From Lama guanicoe (lineage: Eukaryota): a stretch of DNA of 64,000 nucleotides. The notes under the pieces were generated by a model, which did no database searches, was not told the DNA's origin, and saw nothing but the letters and a program-made list of their open reading frames with translations. Of the stretch, positions 50,601 to 63,532 are shown piece by piece. Each line of letters begins with the position of its first letter. Positions within the stretch are counted from its first letter, which is position 1. The position numbers and the translations under genes were made by a program. The stretch spans positions 255,063 through 319,062 of the forward strand of contig MU053557.1 of the NCBI GenBank assembly GCA_013239625.1. The letters are read 5' to 3'.

Positions 50601-52899
50601 GAGCTGGTACTAGGTGTCTTCAATCATTTGAATTAATCTCTTTTATCAACATAAACTAATTACTTGTTTAATGAATTTCTTGAATTTTTAAAATCATGTT
50701 CATTGCAACATGCTCCCAGGCATAAATACAGAAAATGAACGCATTAATTATAATAAAACATTCAAGGGCTGAAACAAATTAGGAGAGAAGACAGCAACAC
50801 TCGTGTCTCAAAATCTACCTTACACGTGTACACATACCGTGCCTTTTTCTACCTAAAACGCACCTCTACACCGTCTACTACCTGCCTGTTGGGCGGTGGC
50901 TCTGCTGATGATGTTCTGGTGAAGACCGAAAAGGAGATGATGGTGTGTGGTCATCTCTCCCCACTGTTCTCCCAGCCCTGTGTCGCTGCATCTGCTGTGC
51001 TCTGAAATGCCCATAGCTCACCTCTGAGAACATTTTCGGCTTCATGCCATAAAGGAGACACACATTAATTATAGGTTGGAAAAGAGGGGACTGGAATGCT
51101 GTGGTGGCACATTCCATTTGAACAGAAAGATGTGAGTGCATGCACTTGGCGTGCTTCCCCTCACGCATGCCCTCACTGCGGACCACTCCCTTTCTCCACG
51201 CCGTGACTTCTTTGTTTTCTTTTCTCTTATTACTGCATTTAATTTATACCGCTATAAGATCTTAAAGTCACAATGAGTGAATGTGATAACAGCACACTGT
51301 ATGGAAGGGAAGATATCTCATGAAGACATTTTGAAATATGCATTTTATATGTTAGAGTCTTAAGTGTCATCCAAATGGATGAAGCTAGGATCAAATTTTC
51401 ATCTGTGGCTGGACCAGTCAGATGACTTCTCTTTGGGTATAAAAGAGAACTATTTCCCGCTTTACTTATATCCTTTACTTCCCAATTTGCTATTTAATTT
51501 TCGATATTGTTCTCTGTCATTTCACACTCTTTGACAAACATCTTCAGAACCAAATAGGCTGTCTTTAAATATCATAGACTTGTATATCGTAAATTTGATC
51601 CTTTACCATTCATTCTCACAACATTAAGAATACTGAAACATTCAATTCGCGTTATTTAACATGGCTTTTAAAACTTTTATTAGTCATGTGCTAATGAGAC
51701 ATTCCAGGCTCCGTTACAGAGGATGTAGTCAAGGCTAATAAGAACAGAGCTTCCTTGACACCCAAGCATCAGATTTTTTTCTAATATGAGAAGACTGGTC
51801 AATTTTCTACTCCACTGGTATTTTGCTATTACAGTAATGAAGCACGTTATATTTTCTCTGTAACAAGCTGACTAATTTGGGTTTTGGCTTTCTGTTTCAA
51901 TTTAATCTTTTATTTAAATTAGTTAAAAATCCGGGTTCTCTATTCTTCTTCGACATGTTCAGAGACAGATATAAAAGAAATTTATTCTATTTGGATCTAG
52001 CACTAAAATCTGCAAGGGATTTTTGTCTTCTCATTTCTTCCCCTACTTTATAGCCTCATTATTGAGGTAAGATAATCAGCTGGGATTAACAGCATACAAT
52101 GCTGCCCAACCCAAAGGAAAATGTGAATATATCTCAAAACTCGATTTTGAATGCAGAATCACTGAGATGGAATAAAGCTGAGAAATACTGAGAGAAAAAA
52201 GTCATCTCCTTTCTCCTGAGATCAGACTCTACATTTTAGAGACAGAATATTTTCATGCCAGTTCACTTTGTGGGAGACGGGATAGTGGAGAACTTCAAAA
52301 TACCTACACATATGACATTTTGATTATACGGACTTGTCTAGAGTGTTCTGAACATTGGCCTTCTTACTCCCAGTTAGTTGATGGCTCTTTGAAGACAGAA
52401 GCTGTATCTTACACATCTTTGTACGTACCTAGCAAAGGGGCCTGCACAAAACAGGTGAACAAAAGTCTCTGTTAAATAAAGCATGAAGAGAGGCATAGAC
52501 AAGAGAGAGGTGGGAGATACGAGGTTCCAAGGCATATCTCTAAGTAGGTACTACATGTGTTGTGTGCTTTATTTTTACTAGAAGTCCCTCTCTGAACCCA
52601 ATGGCCATCTGCTTGTGTCCACTGAGGTCCAACCATTCCCCTGCGACTTAGCTTAACAGTCCTGCCTTTGAAGTCACTAAAGGCATAAGCCAGGAATGGT
52701 CCAGAAGATTAATCTCACCTATCAGTCAGTTCTGTTGAATTGGTGGTGCCCCCTTGGGCTGGTGTATAGAGAAGGGAACCCAGATGATACCTGGGCTCAG
52801 TGACAAAGAGGGACAAGGCAGCCATTCTGGATCTGACAGCTGAGGCAGCCTTCTCTGTCTGGTAGTATGATCCTTCTCCCGGATTCACCCCTCATTCTT

Positions 52900-53052
52900 C
52901 TCTCAAAGCCCAAATCAAATTTCACCTCTTCTAAGAGGGATTTGCAGATCCCCAGGCTCAAGCTGGAATTAGCCACCCTTCTACCCTTGCTCATGTAGCA
53001 CACTATTCTGGTTTTCATTCTTCCATTTGTTACTCTTTCATCTACCTATGCA

Positions 53053-53083
<31 letters not shown>

Positions 53084-53225
53084 TTGCATCTATCGATCGA
53101 TTTACCTTCCTTCCTCCCCAGTTAGTCATTCATGTCAATTCCACTAAAGCAGTTGCTCTTAGGGGACAGTGACCATCCTTTACACTTGTCTGATCCCACA
53201 TGCCCAGTATGGATGGGTGTTATTT
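52900..53225 (+). mobile_element. L2 LINE fragment containing a (TCTG)n tract at ~53053-53079
   Basis: TCAAAGCCCAAATCAAATTTCACCTCTTCTAAGAG...CTCTTAGGGGACAGTGACCAT. Confidence 0.6.
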
Positions 53226-53614
53226 ATGGGCGGTACTTACAGGACACGCTCCATAAATGATGACGAAGGAAAGAGAACAGTAGGCTAGTTGACAGAAGAT
53301 CATGCGACAGATCATCACAGGGATTAAGGGACTGATGGTCTGTAAGAGGAGTAGAGTCTCCGTCACTAAAGCGTGATTCAGATCTACTGCTATGGAGGCA
53401 AGTGTAGGGGAATCCATAGACTAAGTACCAGGGGCACAAGATCATTCTTGAATTTTTGCCAGTTCAAGAGAAGACTGATGGCAACCTGAGTCATCCAGGG
53501 CTCTAAAGGTCACTCTACATCAACAAGAGGGGATGACCCCAGGTGGTCAGTTATACTCAACCACCCTTGAGGAAACAAAACTTAGAAAAAAAAAAAAGGC
53601 AATGATCTGCAATT

Positions 53615-53770
53615 CACAGCTTGTGATTTTATCAAGTTACTTAACCTGTAGAAGCCTTAATTTCTTCTTCCCATACAAGCAGAGATAATGGTATCTCCTC
53701 TACAGGCTGAAATTAAATGAGATAATATATGCAAAGTGCATGGTATGCTGAAATAACATGCACATAATTA
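53615..53770 (+). mobile_element. MIR SINE
   Basis: CAAGTTACTTAACCT...AAGCCTTAATTTCTTC...AATTAAATGAGATAATATATGCAAAGTGC. Confidence 0.8.
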
Positions 53771-54322
53771 TGAAGATGATTGGATACACTATTTCCTTTT
53801 ACTTTCTTTGCCATTTCATTTCCATTTGTGGTTTTGTTTTACTGTCAATGAGTGAAAGGACTGTATGCTGGTGGAAACTATGGTTGAGTCTTCTGTTTTT
53901 ACCTGTCTAAACCTACAACAATTTTTCTAAACATCACACAGCAACACTGAAATGAAAACTGAGGTCACATGACTTATCTAGCTTTCCCAAAAGGAAATGT
54001 TTACTGCTCTACACACAGCTAGAGCAGTAGGCCTAATTGCTATGAATCATGAATCCTTCAATTCATTGATGCATGAGTCAGTCAAGTTGGGATAAACGCC
54101 TTTAATGGACATTCCACAGCACCCCCAGACTTTCATATCCCTCCCTACTCCCTAACCTAATCGTAAAATGTTAAGCATCTAGACAACAGCATAAACCAAA
54201 AACTCAGACCTCCTCTTTTGGACCCTTCCCAGTCATTTTTCACGTGTGATTATCTTTGCGTGTAGGCAGAGCAGCCATCTCTATTTACAACAAAGATGCT
54301 GAAGCCCCAAAGGTTAAGTGAC

Positions 54323-54336
54323 GTAACCATGGCAAC
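54323..54336. promoter_or_regulatory. RFX X-box motif GTAACCATGGCAAC inside a MIR-like fragment
   Basis: Fits GTNRCCATGGCAAC and overlaps TGACGTAA (54319-54326); function untested. Confidence 0.45.
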
Positions 54337-54489
54337 CAAGCTAATCAATGGTCAAGTCAGTACAAAGAATAAGTTCAGTTTCTCCAGAGAAGGAGGAGCT
54401 AGCCATTTTCCTCAGGGAGGCACCGGCCTCGCTGTGGTCACCTGGCTGGGCTGATGCCCACAGAGTGGTAACGAGCAGCCAATGGAAAA

Positions 54490-54750
54490 ATAATAAAAGC
54501 AGCTAATACTTACTGATTATTAAAATCCCACGCACGGGGCCCAGCCCCTTCCATGAATTATCTCTCATTCTAATAACAAACGGATAAGGTAGGACTATTA
54601 TTATCTCTGCTTTCTTCATAAGGAAGGAGGCAAAGAGATATTAAACAATGTGTCCAAGGTCACCCAAATGACACGTGGTAGAAGATACAACTTAAATGCA
54701 GGTCCTCCTGACGGCCAAGTCCAAATTCTTAACCAGTATGTGCACCGCTT
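54490..54750 (-). mobile_element. MIR SINE
   Basis: GCAGCTAATACTTACTGA...AAGGTAGGACTATTATTATCTC...TGTCCAAGGTCAC. Confidence 0.75.
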
Positions 54751-56249
54751 CTCTTAGCCACTTAACATGCACTGTGTCTATTTTATGACTAGACTTATTC
54801 TGACTTTGACCCAGCTGTTTGAAGAAATGGGAGTGGGGTGGGATGGGATGGGGGAGACGGGGGACCACAGAACTGAGCGGAGGGAGGACTGGTTCATCCA
54901 TTCAGCCACTGTTTGTCCTCCGTATTTATTCACTCCTCCCGCACAGCCGGGCGCCACACTAATGCTAGATCATAGCTGTAAAGATGAATAACCTTCCGGC
55001 TCTCATGAGGCTGAGTGCTCCAGGAACCCCACACCCGCTTCTCCAGCATCCCAGACGTGAGTGTCCACTTGAGAAGATGTGGGTACCATGCTGTAACATC
55101 ACCTGCAACTCTTCTCAAGATGAGCTGATCAGAGAGAAGAGCTCCCCGACAGCTGAAAACACCCAAGAGGATGTACACGGAAATCTCTCCCTGCTCCCTT
55201 TACAGCCACTTTCGAAGCCCGCGTTCTGACTTAGGGCACGTGTGATGTACCGTACATGCCCCTTGAGGTGGAGTTACGCGTAACCATGGTGAAGCAGCAG
55301 GCATAACGCTGCTGTTGGCTGGTAACTGTTTCTAATAACAGACGGGCTGCCTCCCATGCAGGGTCCTGAGGGGACAGCAAGACACAGCTCGGGGTGTCCT
55401 TGTTTTCTGTGACCAAGGGTGGATATGGCCCCAGAGCAGGGCCTGGGTGGGCCTCCCTTCCCTAGGGCTCTTCCAAGGACTCTCCGAGCTGTCCCAGCAT
55501 CAGTCCTACCCTCTTCCTCCCTATGCCAGGGTTGGCCTCCTCCACAGCCAACCGCTGTCAGTCATTAAGAGGCTCAGGACAGGGAAGAATGAAGCAACCC
55601 CAGGCCCCCCAAATGTGCTCAGCCATCATGACTCACTGCATCATCTGACCCCACAGAGCAATTTTGTAACGAGTTCTCCTCAACAACTCTTTCCATCAAA
55701 CTAAAATGGCAGGTTAAAAAAAAAAAAAAAGCTGGCAGCCAAACAGTTCACTCAAATGACACCAGGCACACTGCTTAGTGAACTTCAGATGAACAGGCGT
55801 TAGAGTCTGTCTGTGCCTGATTTTCTGAGGCTTCTTTAAGAGGGGAATCTGAGGCCGGCGTGTAAACTACACTGAGCCTGAGCCGGGCCTGGTTAGCCTG
55901 AGGGAAGCTCGAGCCTGGGGAACTTGGCCGGTGGTCTTTACTGGCTTGCCAAGATTTCTGTGCGGCGTGACGCCCACCATGCCTTCTTGCAAAGGGACAG
56001 AAAAACAGATACTACTCTGGCCCTGGCAATATGGTGAACAGATGTCTGTCTCACACAGTGGAAGTGGGCTGGCTTTCCTGAGACGTGAAGGTAGCAGGAG
56101 GTGACTTGGGAGCAGTGAGGGAAGGAAGCTCATAAACCATGCACTGCTACCACTCCTGGATGGGGACTAAAACACCCTTCGGTGCCACCCACCCGGAGCT
56201 CCCTCCGGTTCCAGGTCCAGATGCAGGAGAATGGAGCTCAAGAAGCAAT

Positions 56250-56687
56250 GCCATTTGCTGCAACATGGATGGACCTGGAGACTGTCATTCTAAGTGAAGT
56301 AAGCCAGAAAGAGAAAGAAAAATGCCACAGGTTATCACTCATAGGTGGAATCTAAAAAAAAAAAAAAAAAACCACAAATGGACTTATTCACAAAACAGAA
56401 ACAGACTCACAGTCATAGAAAACAAACTTATGGTTACCAGGTGGGAAGCGGGTAGGGAGGGATAAATTGGGAGTTCGAGATTTGCAGATACTACTATACA
56501 CAAAACAGATAAATAACAAATTTCTTCTATATAGCTTGGGCAACTATAGTCAATATCTTGTAGTAACCTATATCGAAAAAGAATGTGAAAATGAATATAT
56601 GCATGTATATGTATGACTAAAACATTGTGCTGTGCACCAGAAATTGACATAACACTGTAAACTGATTATATTTCAATTAAAAAAAAG
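56250..56687 (+). mobile_element. Young 5'-truncated L1 (camelid-type 3'UTR)
   Basis: GCCATTTGCTGCAACATGGATGGACCTGGAG...TCAATTAAAAAAAA; TSD core GAAGCAAT at 56242-56249 and 56688-56695. Confidence 0.93.
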
Positions 56688-57612
56688 GAAGCAATACCCA
56701 CCAGGTAGCTCTCAGAGCCTTGGTCACTTCCAGCTGGGCTCTCCTTAGCCCTCTGTTTACATTTACACATTCATGCTCCACCCTGACTCACATCCTTTGT
56801 TTCCTTCACAGACTTTTCGTCTCCTAGCAACTGCTGCAATCCATCTCTCCCTGGGCTCACCTTTTTCCTAGGTTGACCCCGTCGACGTGTGAGACAGCCA
56901 AAGGCCTTTGCCTAGCCCTTGAGTCAGCTGAATACACAGCTGTCTGTACCTGGGCCAGTGCGTCTTTATCATACCTGCGGTCCACCTGCTCTTTGTTTAC
57001 CACCTCCCGTACACACATAAGTTAACTCTGCGTTCTCACTGGAGAGACATCAGTGCGTAGTGGCTTAAGTCACCACCTCGGGTGAGCCAAGAACATTACT
57101 GACAGTGAATCAGGAACACCTTTGTTCGTGGCGAAAACCAGCTTGTTGTTTTAAAAAAAAAAAAATGCACCTCATTTTACAAAAGCTTAATATGTGAAAA
57201 TTCAGATCCAGGTATGAAAATTTAAATTTACACATAGCTTTTCAGGAACTCAGTGGGCTGCACAAAGCAGTGGTTTTCAAGGAGGCGAGATACTACCTTC
57301 CCAGAGATGTTTTGGAAATTAGTGGGGGCATTTTTGCTAGTCCGAGCGACTGAGGTAATGCGGTTGGCATTTAGTGAGTGGGGCCCAGGGAGTCTACATG
57401 AGACAGTCTTATTCAACTAAGAATGGTCCTGACAGACATCCTGGAGCCTAAATCCAACTCTTTTAGACATAATCACGAAATGTTTTTATACAGGTTTAAT
57501 GCAGTCTGAATTTTCCAGGAATGCAACTACTGTAAAAATCAAAGGAGGTTGTACTTTGATTTGTTTGGAACTTTACCAAGAGGGTTTCATCATGGAGAAG
57601 GGGTGGGGGCGG

Positions 57613-57614
<2 letters not shown>

Positions 57615-57658
<44 letters not shown>
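57615..57658. repeat. (CA)22 microsatellite
   Basis: Read directly. Confidence 0.97.
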
Positions 57659-57660
<2 letters not shown>

Positions 57661-57900
57661 TCACGTCACAGACAGCAACGCACCAGTTAGTTTTTGAGTC
57701 ACCAACATACACACCTGTAACAGGCTGCACTGTGGTTGCGATACTGACGGTAACTCACACCGTCCGTATTAGAATGGTAATATCCACGGCGATACACTGT
57801 GTCTCCCTAAAAGTCTCTTCTACTGTCATGCCTGAGATTTTTACTCGTGAAAAGCCATAAATGTTTATTTCTCTTTTTCATTACATATAGGGCACTGTAT

Positions 57901-58197
57901 TCGTCTTTGTTTGTTTTTTTTAATTGACATTTACAATGTTGTGTTAATTTCAGGAGTACAGCATAGGGGTTCAGTGATACATACATATGTATATATTCCT
58001 TTTCATATTCTTTTTTTCCAAATATTTTTGTTGAGGTAGAGTCAGTTTACAATGCTGTCTCAATTTCTGGTGTACAGCATGTTTCAGTCATACATGTACA
58101 TATGTTTGTTTTCATATTCTTTTTCATTACAGGTTACTATGAGATATTGAATATAGTTCCCTGTGCTATACAGTAGAAACTTGTTGTTTATCTATTT
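57901..58197 (-). mobile_element. Two nested or tandem L1 3' ends inside a 13-bp TSD
   Basis: Outer TSD TAGGGCACTGTAT (57888-57900) / TAGGACACTGTAT (58198-58210); two copies of the reverse L1 terminus. Confidence 0.9.
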
Positions 58198-58889
58198 TAG
58201 GACACTGTATGCTTTTTAAAAAATATTAGAGTTTTGATGAGTTATATAATCTATGAATTTGTATACAGGATGGGCAAGAAGCTGTTTTTTTTTTATATAT
58301 AAGTGAACTTTGGGTTTCTTGGAGACAAGAACCATTGGCATGAAGCAACATCTGTGTGCAATTCACACAGAAACATTTTCCATTCGCACCAACAGGAGAG
58401 ATTTCCAGGAGAGCTGGACCAGATGAGAATAATGGAGCAAAGATTTTCAGCATAAGTGATGTGGTAGAAAGTCTAAGAAAGGTGTTCTATTTAATTGCAC
58501 TTTAGTTTAGTCAGCCACCTATCAAACAATCCTTCTTATGACTAATTCCTTTTCATTCCAATATTTGAGATGTTTCCTGATTGCCTCACTTCACGAGATC
58601 TCATGGGGATTAAGAAATTCAGAGGCCTGGCCATCTGGAAGCGTATGAGTGCCCTCTCTTGGAGGGCAATCCGCATTAGGACGGGAGTATTTAACAGATT
58701 GGGCAGTCATAAACTTGACACACAGGGCATCGATTAATGTTTCTTTGAACTGAAATTCTGAAACGCCCCTGAACCTTTCTTACGACATCACTGAGATGGT
58801 TCTAATGCAATGCTGGGGTTCTCAAAATCATTTAGGTGTCAGATGGCCAATAAGGAGTCTGTGTTATAAAACAGAAGGGGACAAATTGA

Positions 58890-59090
58890 GTTAGAGGAGT
58901 GGGAGGAGGACAGGCTTTAGAGTTTGGTAGATCTGGGTCCACACCTTGGTTCTACCACTTGTCAGCTACCCAACTTGGAAAAACTCAATTTTCTCCTCTG
59001 TATAATGGGCATAATCCCAATTGCCTCATTGAGCTGATGTGAGGATTAAGTGAGATCAAAGGTGTAAAGCCCTCCATAGAATGCCTAGCA
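58890..59090 (+). mobile_element. MIR SINE
   Basis: GGCTTTAGAGTTTGGTAGATCTGGGTCC...CTCAATTTTCTCCTCTGTATAATGGGCATAAT...GTGAGGATTAAGTGAGAT. Confidence 0.85.
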
Positions 59091-60175
59091 TATAACGGGG
59101 ACCAAACAAAATGCAAGAAACACATCATCCCCTTTGCCTTGGGAACTCTTTGATAAATCCTGGGACCTGTGCATTGAGAGTGACCCAGTCAGCCTGTCAA
59201 ATGCTCCGTTAGACAGTTTATATGAACCTCTTCTGCTGATGGTGAATGAAAAACCCCAAACCCACATTGTTCCCGTATGTTCTCCTCTCTCGATCAGTGG
59301 TAACTGACTATTTTGGTGACTTGAATATCTTGAGAGTAAGAGCAAAATATGAAAACATTTGACGTTTGATCTATTGAAACTTACGATCAATTCCTCCCCT
59401 CCCCAACCTTCTCCCTCCCCAACGCAACCAAATCGTTCTGAGTCCTAAAGATAGAATGAATGGCCAGCTCAGATATATGTATTTTCACAGATCACTTTTT
59501 AAAAATTTCAGTGCTCAGCATATAAAGGGCCAGACTGCTATACAGAACATCCCCAAATTCTCCATGTACTTGAGCTTAAAATAACAAAGAAAGAAATGTA
59601 TTCTTTGCCATGAATACAAGATCACTGATGGTAAGACTGCTCAAAGGCCATCCTGAAGAGACGGGTATTTGATAGCCTCGAACATGTGAGCAAAAGAGGC
59701 TTCCAGGATTGGGGTCTTGAGAGGTAGACAGCTGTATGACCCTCCTGAGAGAGGCTCTGCTTACAAGTTACTTCCTCTTTCCTTATTCAAAGGTGTGAAT
59801 TTTGCCTTGAGAAAATAAAAATTCAGCATAATCAACTAGTGTTAGGGGCCGATAGCATTCTTCCACGTAAACACATCATCCCCAGGTATGTGCTCTCGTT
59901 TCTAATCTCACTCTACCTACAATCTATTCCCTCCCTGAAACTAGGTCTCCCTGAGTAGTCATCCACAGAAGACACCCTTCTACTCCATTCTGGAGAGGCA
60001 GCTGAGGTCTACAGACTGGCTTCTGGGCAAGATTCTTCCACCTAATGCTTCTTTGGAAATAATCAATTCACTGTTCTCTTTCTAAAAGGCGGCGGGGGTG
60101 GGGGTCCTACCTTGCCTTCACCATAGGGTATGTGAAGGGCCACAGCATGCCACATAATGCTTTATACTGTAACAT

Positions 60176-61190
60176 TTAAAAAATTGAGATATAATTGACA
60201 TATACCATTCTTTTCAATTTAGATGTACAACCTAAGGATTTGATATATGCATATACTACAAAAGATCACAATAAGTCTATTTAACGTCTATGACCACCCT
60301 TAGTTACAAATTTTATCTTGTGATGAGACCTCTTTATATTAGCAGCTTCCAAAGATACAAAACCGTCTTGCTAACTACAGCCACCATGCTGTACATTACA
60401 TCCCAAGGATTTAGTTATAAATGGATTATGTACCTTTGACCCCCTTCACCCATTTCACCCACTGCCTGCCTCTGGTAACCACCAATCTGTTCTCTGTATC
60501 TATGAACTTAGTGTTGGTTTTTTTTTTTTAATTCCACATGTAAGTGACATCTTATCTTTCTCTGTCTGACTTATTTCACTTAGTATAATATCCTCTAGAT
60601 CCATTCATGTTATCACAAATGGCAAGATTCCCCTTTTTATGGCTGAATAATATTCCTTTATGTGTGTTTCTATGTATACACACACACACACACATATACA
60701 CACGTTTGTATGTATATATCTATATCATTTTCTTTGTCCAGTCACCCATCTATGGTCACTTAGGTTGTTTCCATGTCTTGCCTATTGTAAATAATGCTGC
60801 AGTGGGCATGGGGATGCAGGTATCTTTTCAAGGTAGTGACTTCATTTCTTTTGGATAAATACCTAGGAGTGAAATTGCTGGATCATATGGCAGTTCTATT
60901 TTTACTTTTTTTGAGGAAACTTCATACTGTTTTCCAGGTGGCTGCACCAGTTTACATCGCCACCAACAGTGTACAAGGGTCCCCTTACCTCCACACTCTC
61001 ACCAACACTTGTTCCTTTTTTTTTCGTTTTTGGGTAATAGGCATTCTAACAGGTATGAGACGATACCTCATTGTGGTTTTGATTTGCATTTCCCTGATGA
61101 TTAGAGATGCTTAAGAACTTTTCATTTATCTGACCATCTGTATGTCTTCTTTGGAAAAATGTCTTTCCAGATCCTCTGCCCAGTTTTTAA
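60176..61190 (-). mobile_element. L1 3' portion (L1MA9-like; ORF2 end plus 3'UTR)
   Basis: TTTTTATGGCTGAATAATATTCC, GAAATTGCTGGATCATATGGCAGTTCTATTTTT and CTCATTGTGGTTTTGATTTGCATTTCCCTGATGATTAG are reverse L1 ORF2 3' sequence. Confidence 0.93.
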
Positions 61191-61205
61191 AGAAACTGTT
61201 TTTCC

Positions 61206-61866
61206 TTTTTTTAAAAAAATTGAAGTATAGTCAGTTTACAATGTTGTGTCAATTTCTGGTGTACAGCGTAATGCTTCAGTCATACATATACATACATATA
61301 ATTGTTTTCATATTCTTTTTCATTATAGGTTACTACAAGATATTGAATATAGTTCCTTGTGCTATACAGAAGAAACTTGTTGTTTATCTATTTTATATAT
61401 ATTAGTTAGTATCTGCAAATCTCAAACTCCCAATTTATCCCTTCCCACCCTTTTTCCTCCCTGGTAACCATAAGTTTGTTTTCTATGTCTGGGAATCTAT
61501 TTCTGTTTTGTAAATAAGTTCATTTGATGTCTTTTTATTTTGTTTTAGATTCCACATGTAAGTGATATCATATGGTATTTGTATTTTTCTTCCTGGCTTA
61601 CTTCACTTAGAATGACAGTCTCCAAGTCTGTCCATGTTGCTGCAAATGGCATTATTTTATTCTTTTTTATGGCTGAGTAGTATTCCATTGTATAAATATA
61701 CCACAGCTTCTTTATCCATTCATCTGTCAATGGACATGTAGGTTGCTTCCATGTCTTGGATATTGTAAATAGGTGCTGCTATGAACATTGGGGTGCAGGT
61801 GTCTTTTTGAATTAAGAGTTCCCTTCAAATATATGCCTAGGAGTAGAATTGCTGGATCATACGGTA
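61206..61866 (-). mobile_element. Young 5'-truncated L1 (camelid-type 3'UTR)
   Basis: ORF 61545..61730 (-) [36 protein letters not shown]...; 3'UTR closely similar to 9121-9626. Confidence 0.95.
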
Positions 61867-63532
61867 ATATTATTATATTATTATTATTAATGATAATAGT
61901 GAGCAGAGCCTGACTCAAGGACTGATCAGAGGATGACACCCTCCTGCCATCCTTAGTGCTTTACATTATAGATGACACAAGCAGAGGCAACAGAAGCAAA
62001 ATAACAAGTGTTATCCTTTTGTTTTGGATGGCAATTATCTTACGAACCTAAACTCCAAACTGTTTTTTGAGTGGCAGCTGCAGTCTCTCTTCTGTCTTCA
62101 GCTTATGCAATGTTTGAGTCTATACCACACATGCATAGCTTAAGAGACAGTCACAGATACGGGTAAAGAGAATTTAGGGATTCCCACAGCTCTCTCTAGA
62201 TACTCCTTTTGGCAATTTCGCCACTCTTTTCAGTGTGTCTTGGTTCCCCTGGCCAGAAAGACGTTTTTCCCAAGCACTCCTGCTGCCTGGAGTAAACTGT
62301 GTCAACTGTACTTAGCCTAAGCTGCAAACATGGGAGCTTAATTTATACAGCTTCCCTTCTACCCTCCTTTAGGTGTGTCCTTCCTACCGGAGTGTCTCTT
62401 GTTCTCTCTCCAATATCTCCAATTTTTTTAATATTATGTCAGAGCTCATAGCTGTTTTCTGCAGGGAAGTCATCCACTAATGTCTTATTCCACCATTTCC
62501 TGAAGCAGAAGACATACCACCATTCATTATGAATGTGGACAGCTGGGACACTCCAGGAAGTCTCAGTATGGAAAAGGTATTGAGCATGGATATGAGAATT
62601 GCTTAAAAGCTGAGCCATTCTCCTAAAGACTAACAACTACTGTTCTTTTCCCTTCACTTAGAAATGTCATAACCATTTAGTGACAACTTATTCCATCCTC
62701 AATTATCAGACTCAAAGTTATAAAAGAAATATTTCCATTTGACAGGATTTGGATTTCAGAAATTCACGAAAGGGGGTTTAAACCAGTTCACGTTTGTGGA
62801 GTCAGTTCACACGAGGGGCTCAGTGCCCTTTTTCTTTTCTTCAAACAAGATCTGCAACAACGCTGGAACTTTGTGGTTTAGGATCTGTCCCTGCTATTTA
62901 TTTTCCCTCTAAAGCCACAATCTTCAATGACACTATCATCATTTCCATAGTCACTGACTTCTGTGACACAAGCTGAGAAGTAATACATTTAGGGGAAAAA
63001 TATCTAACAGGAGGAGACAGGCTTCTAGGAAATAACCTGTTTTTAATCACATAAATGTCATTTGTAGTAAGACATAAAAAATAAGAAATATTAAAAGTGC
63101 AAACTAACAGGAGCTTTTCCCTACCAATTTTCCATTTGGCCTCTGTATTTCTTTTAGTAACATTGACTTGGCTTTCCAATTAAGTTCGCTACTTGGTCGA
63201 TTAAATGGGCAAAAGCATGAAGTCTATCTTAACAGTTTGCCAGCAACATCAGTATCCATTTAGACTAGTGCAATGTTAATTATGTAAAAACAAAAAGGTA
63301 CGGAAGCAAGATGAGAAGTTTGCTACAATTTTAACTACAGTCCTCTCTGAAAAGATGGGGCTAAAAAAATGGATGCTTTCATCTTTTTACTGGCAGGAAA
63401 ATATACTTAAGCTCATGATCGTTAGAGCAAGGCCAGGATAGCACCATTCTAATGAAAGGATACGAACTCAGAGTTAAGGTGTAGACTGTGGGAAGGTGGG
63501 TTTACCAGAAGGACCCCGTAGGGCTAGTGCAG

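Larger units (their letters stand above)
57269..58337. mobile_element. MER20B-like hAT-Charlie element with nested L1s and a (CA)n
   Basis: Terminal CAGTGGTTTTC / AAGAACCATTG; MER20-like TTTTGGAAATTAGTGGGGGCATTTTTG...TGGCATTTAGTGAGTGGGGCCCAGGGA. Confidence 0.75.
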
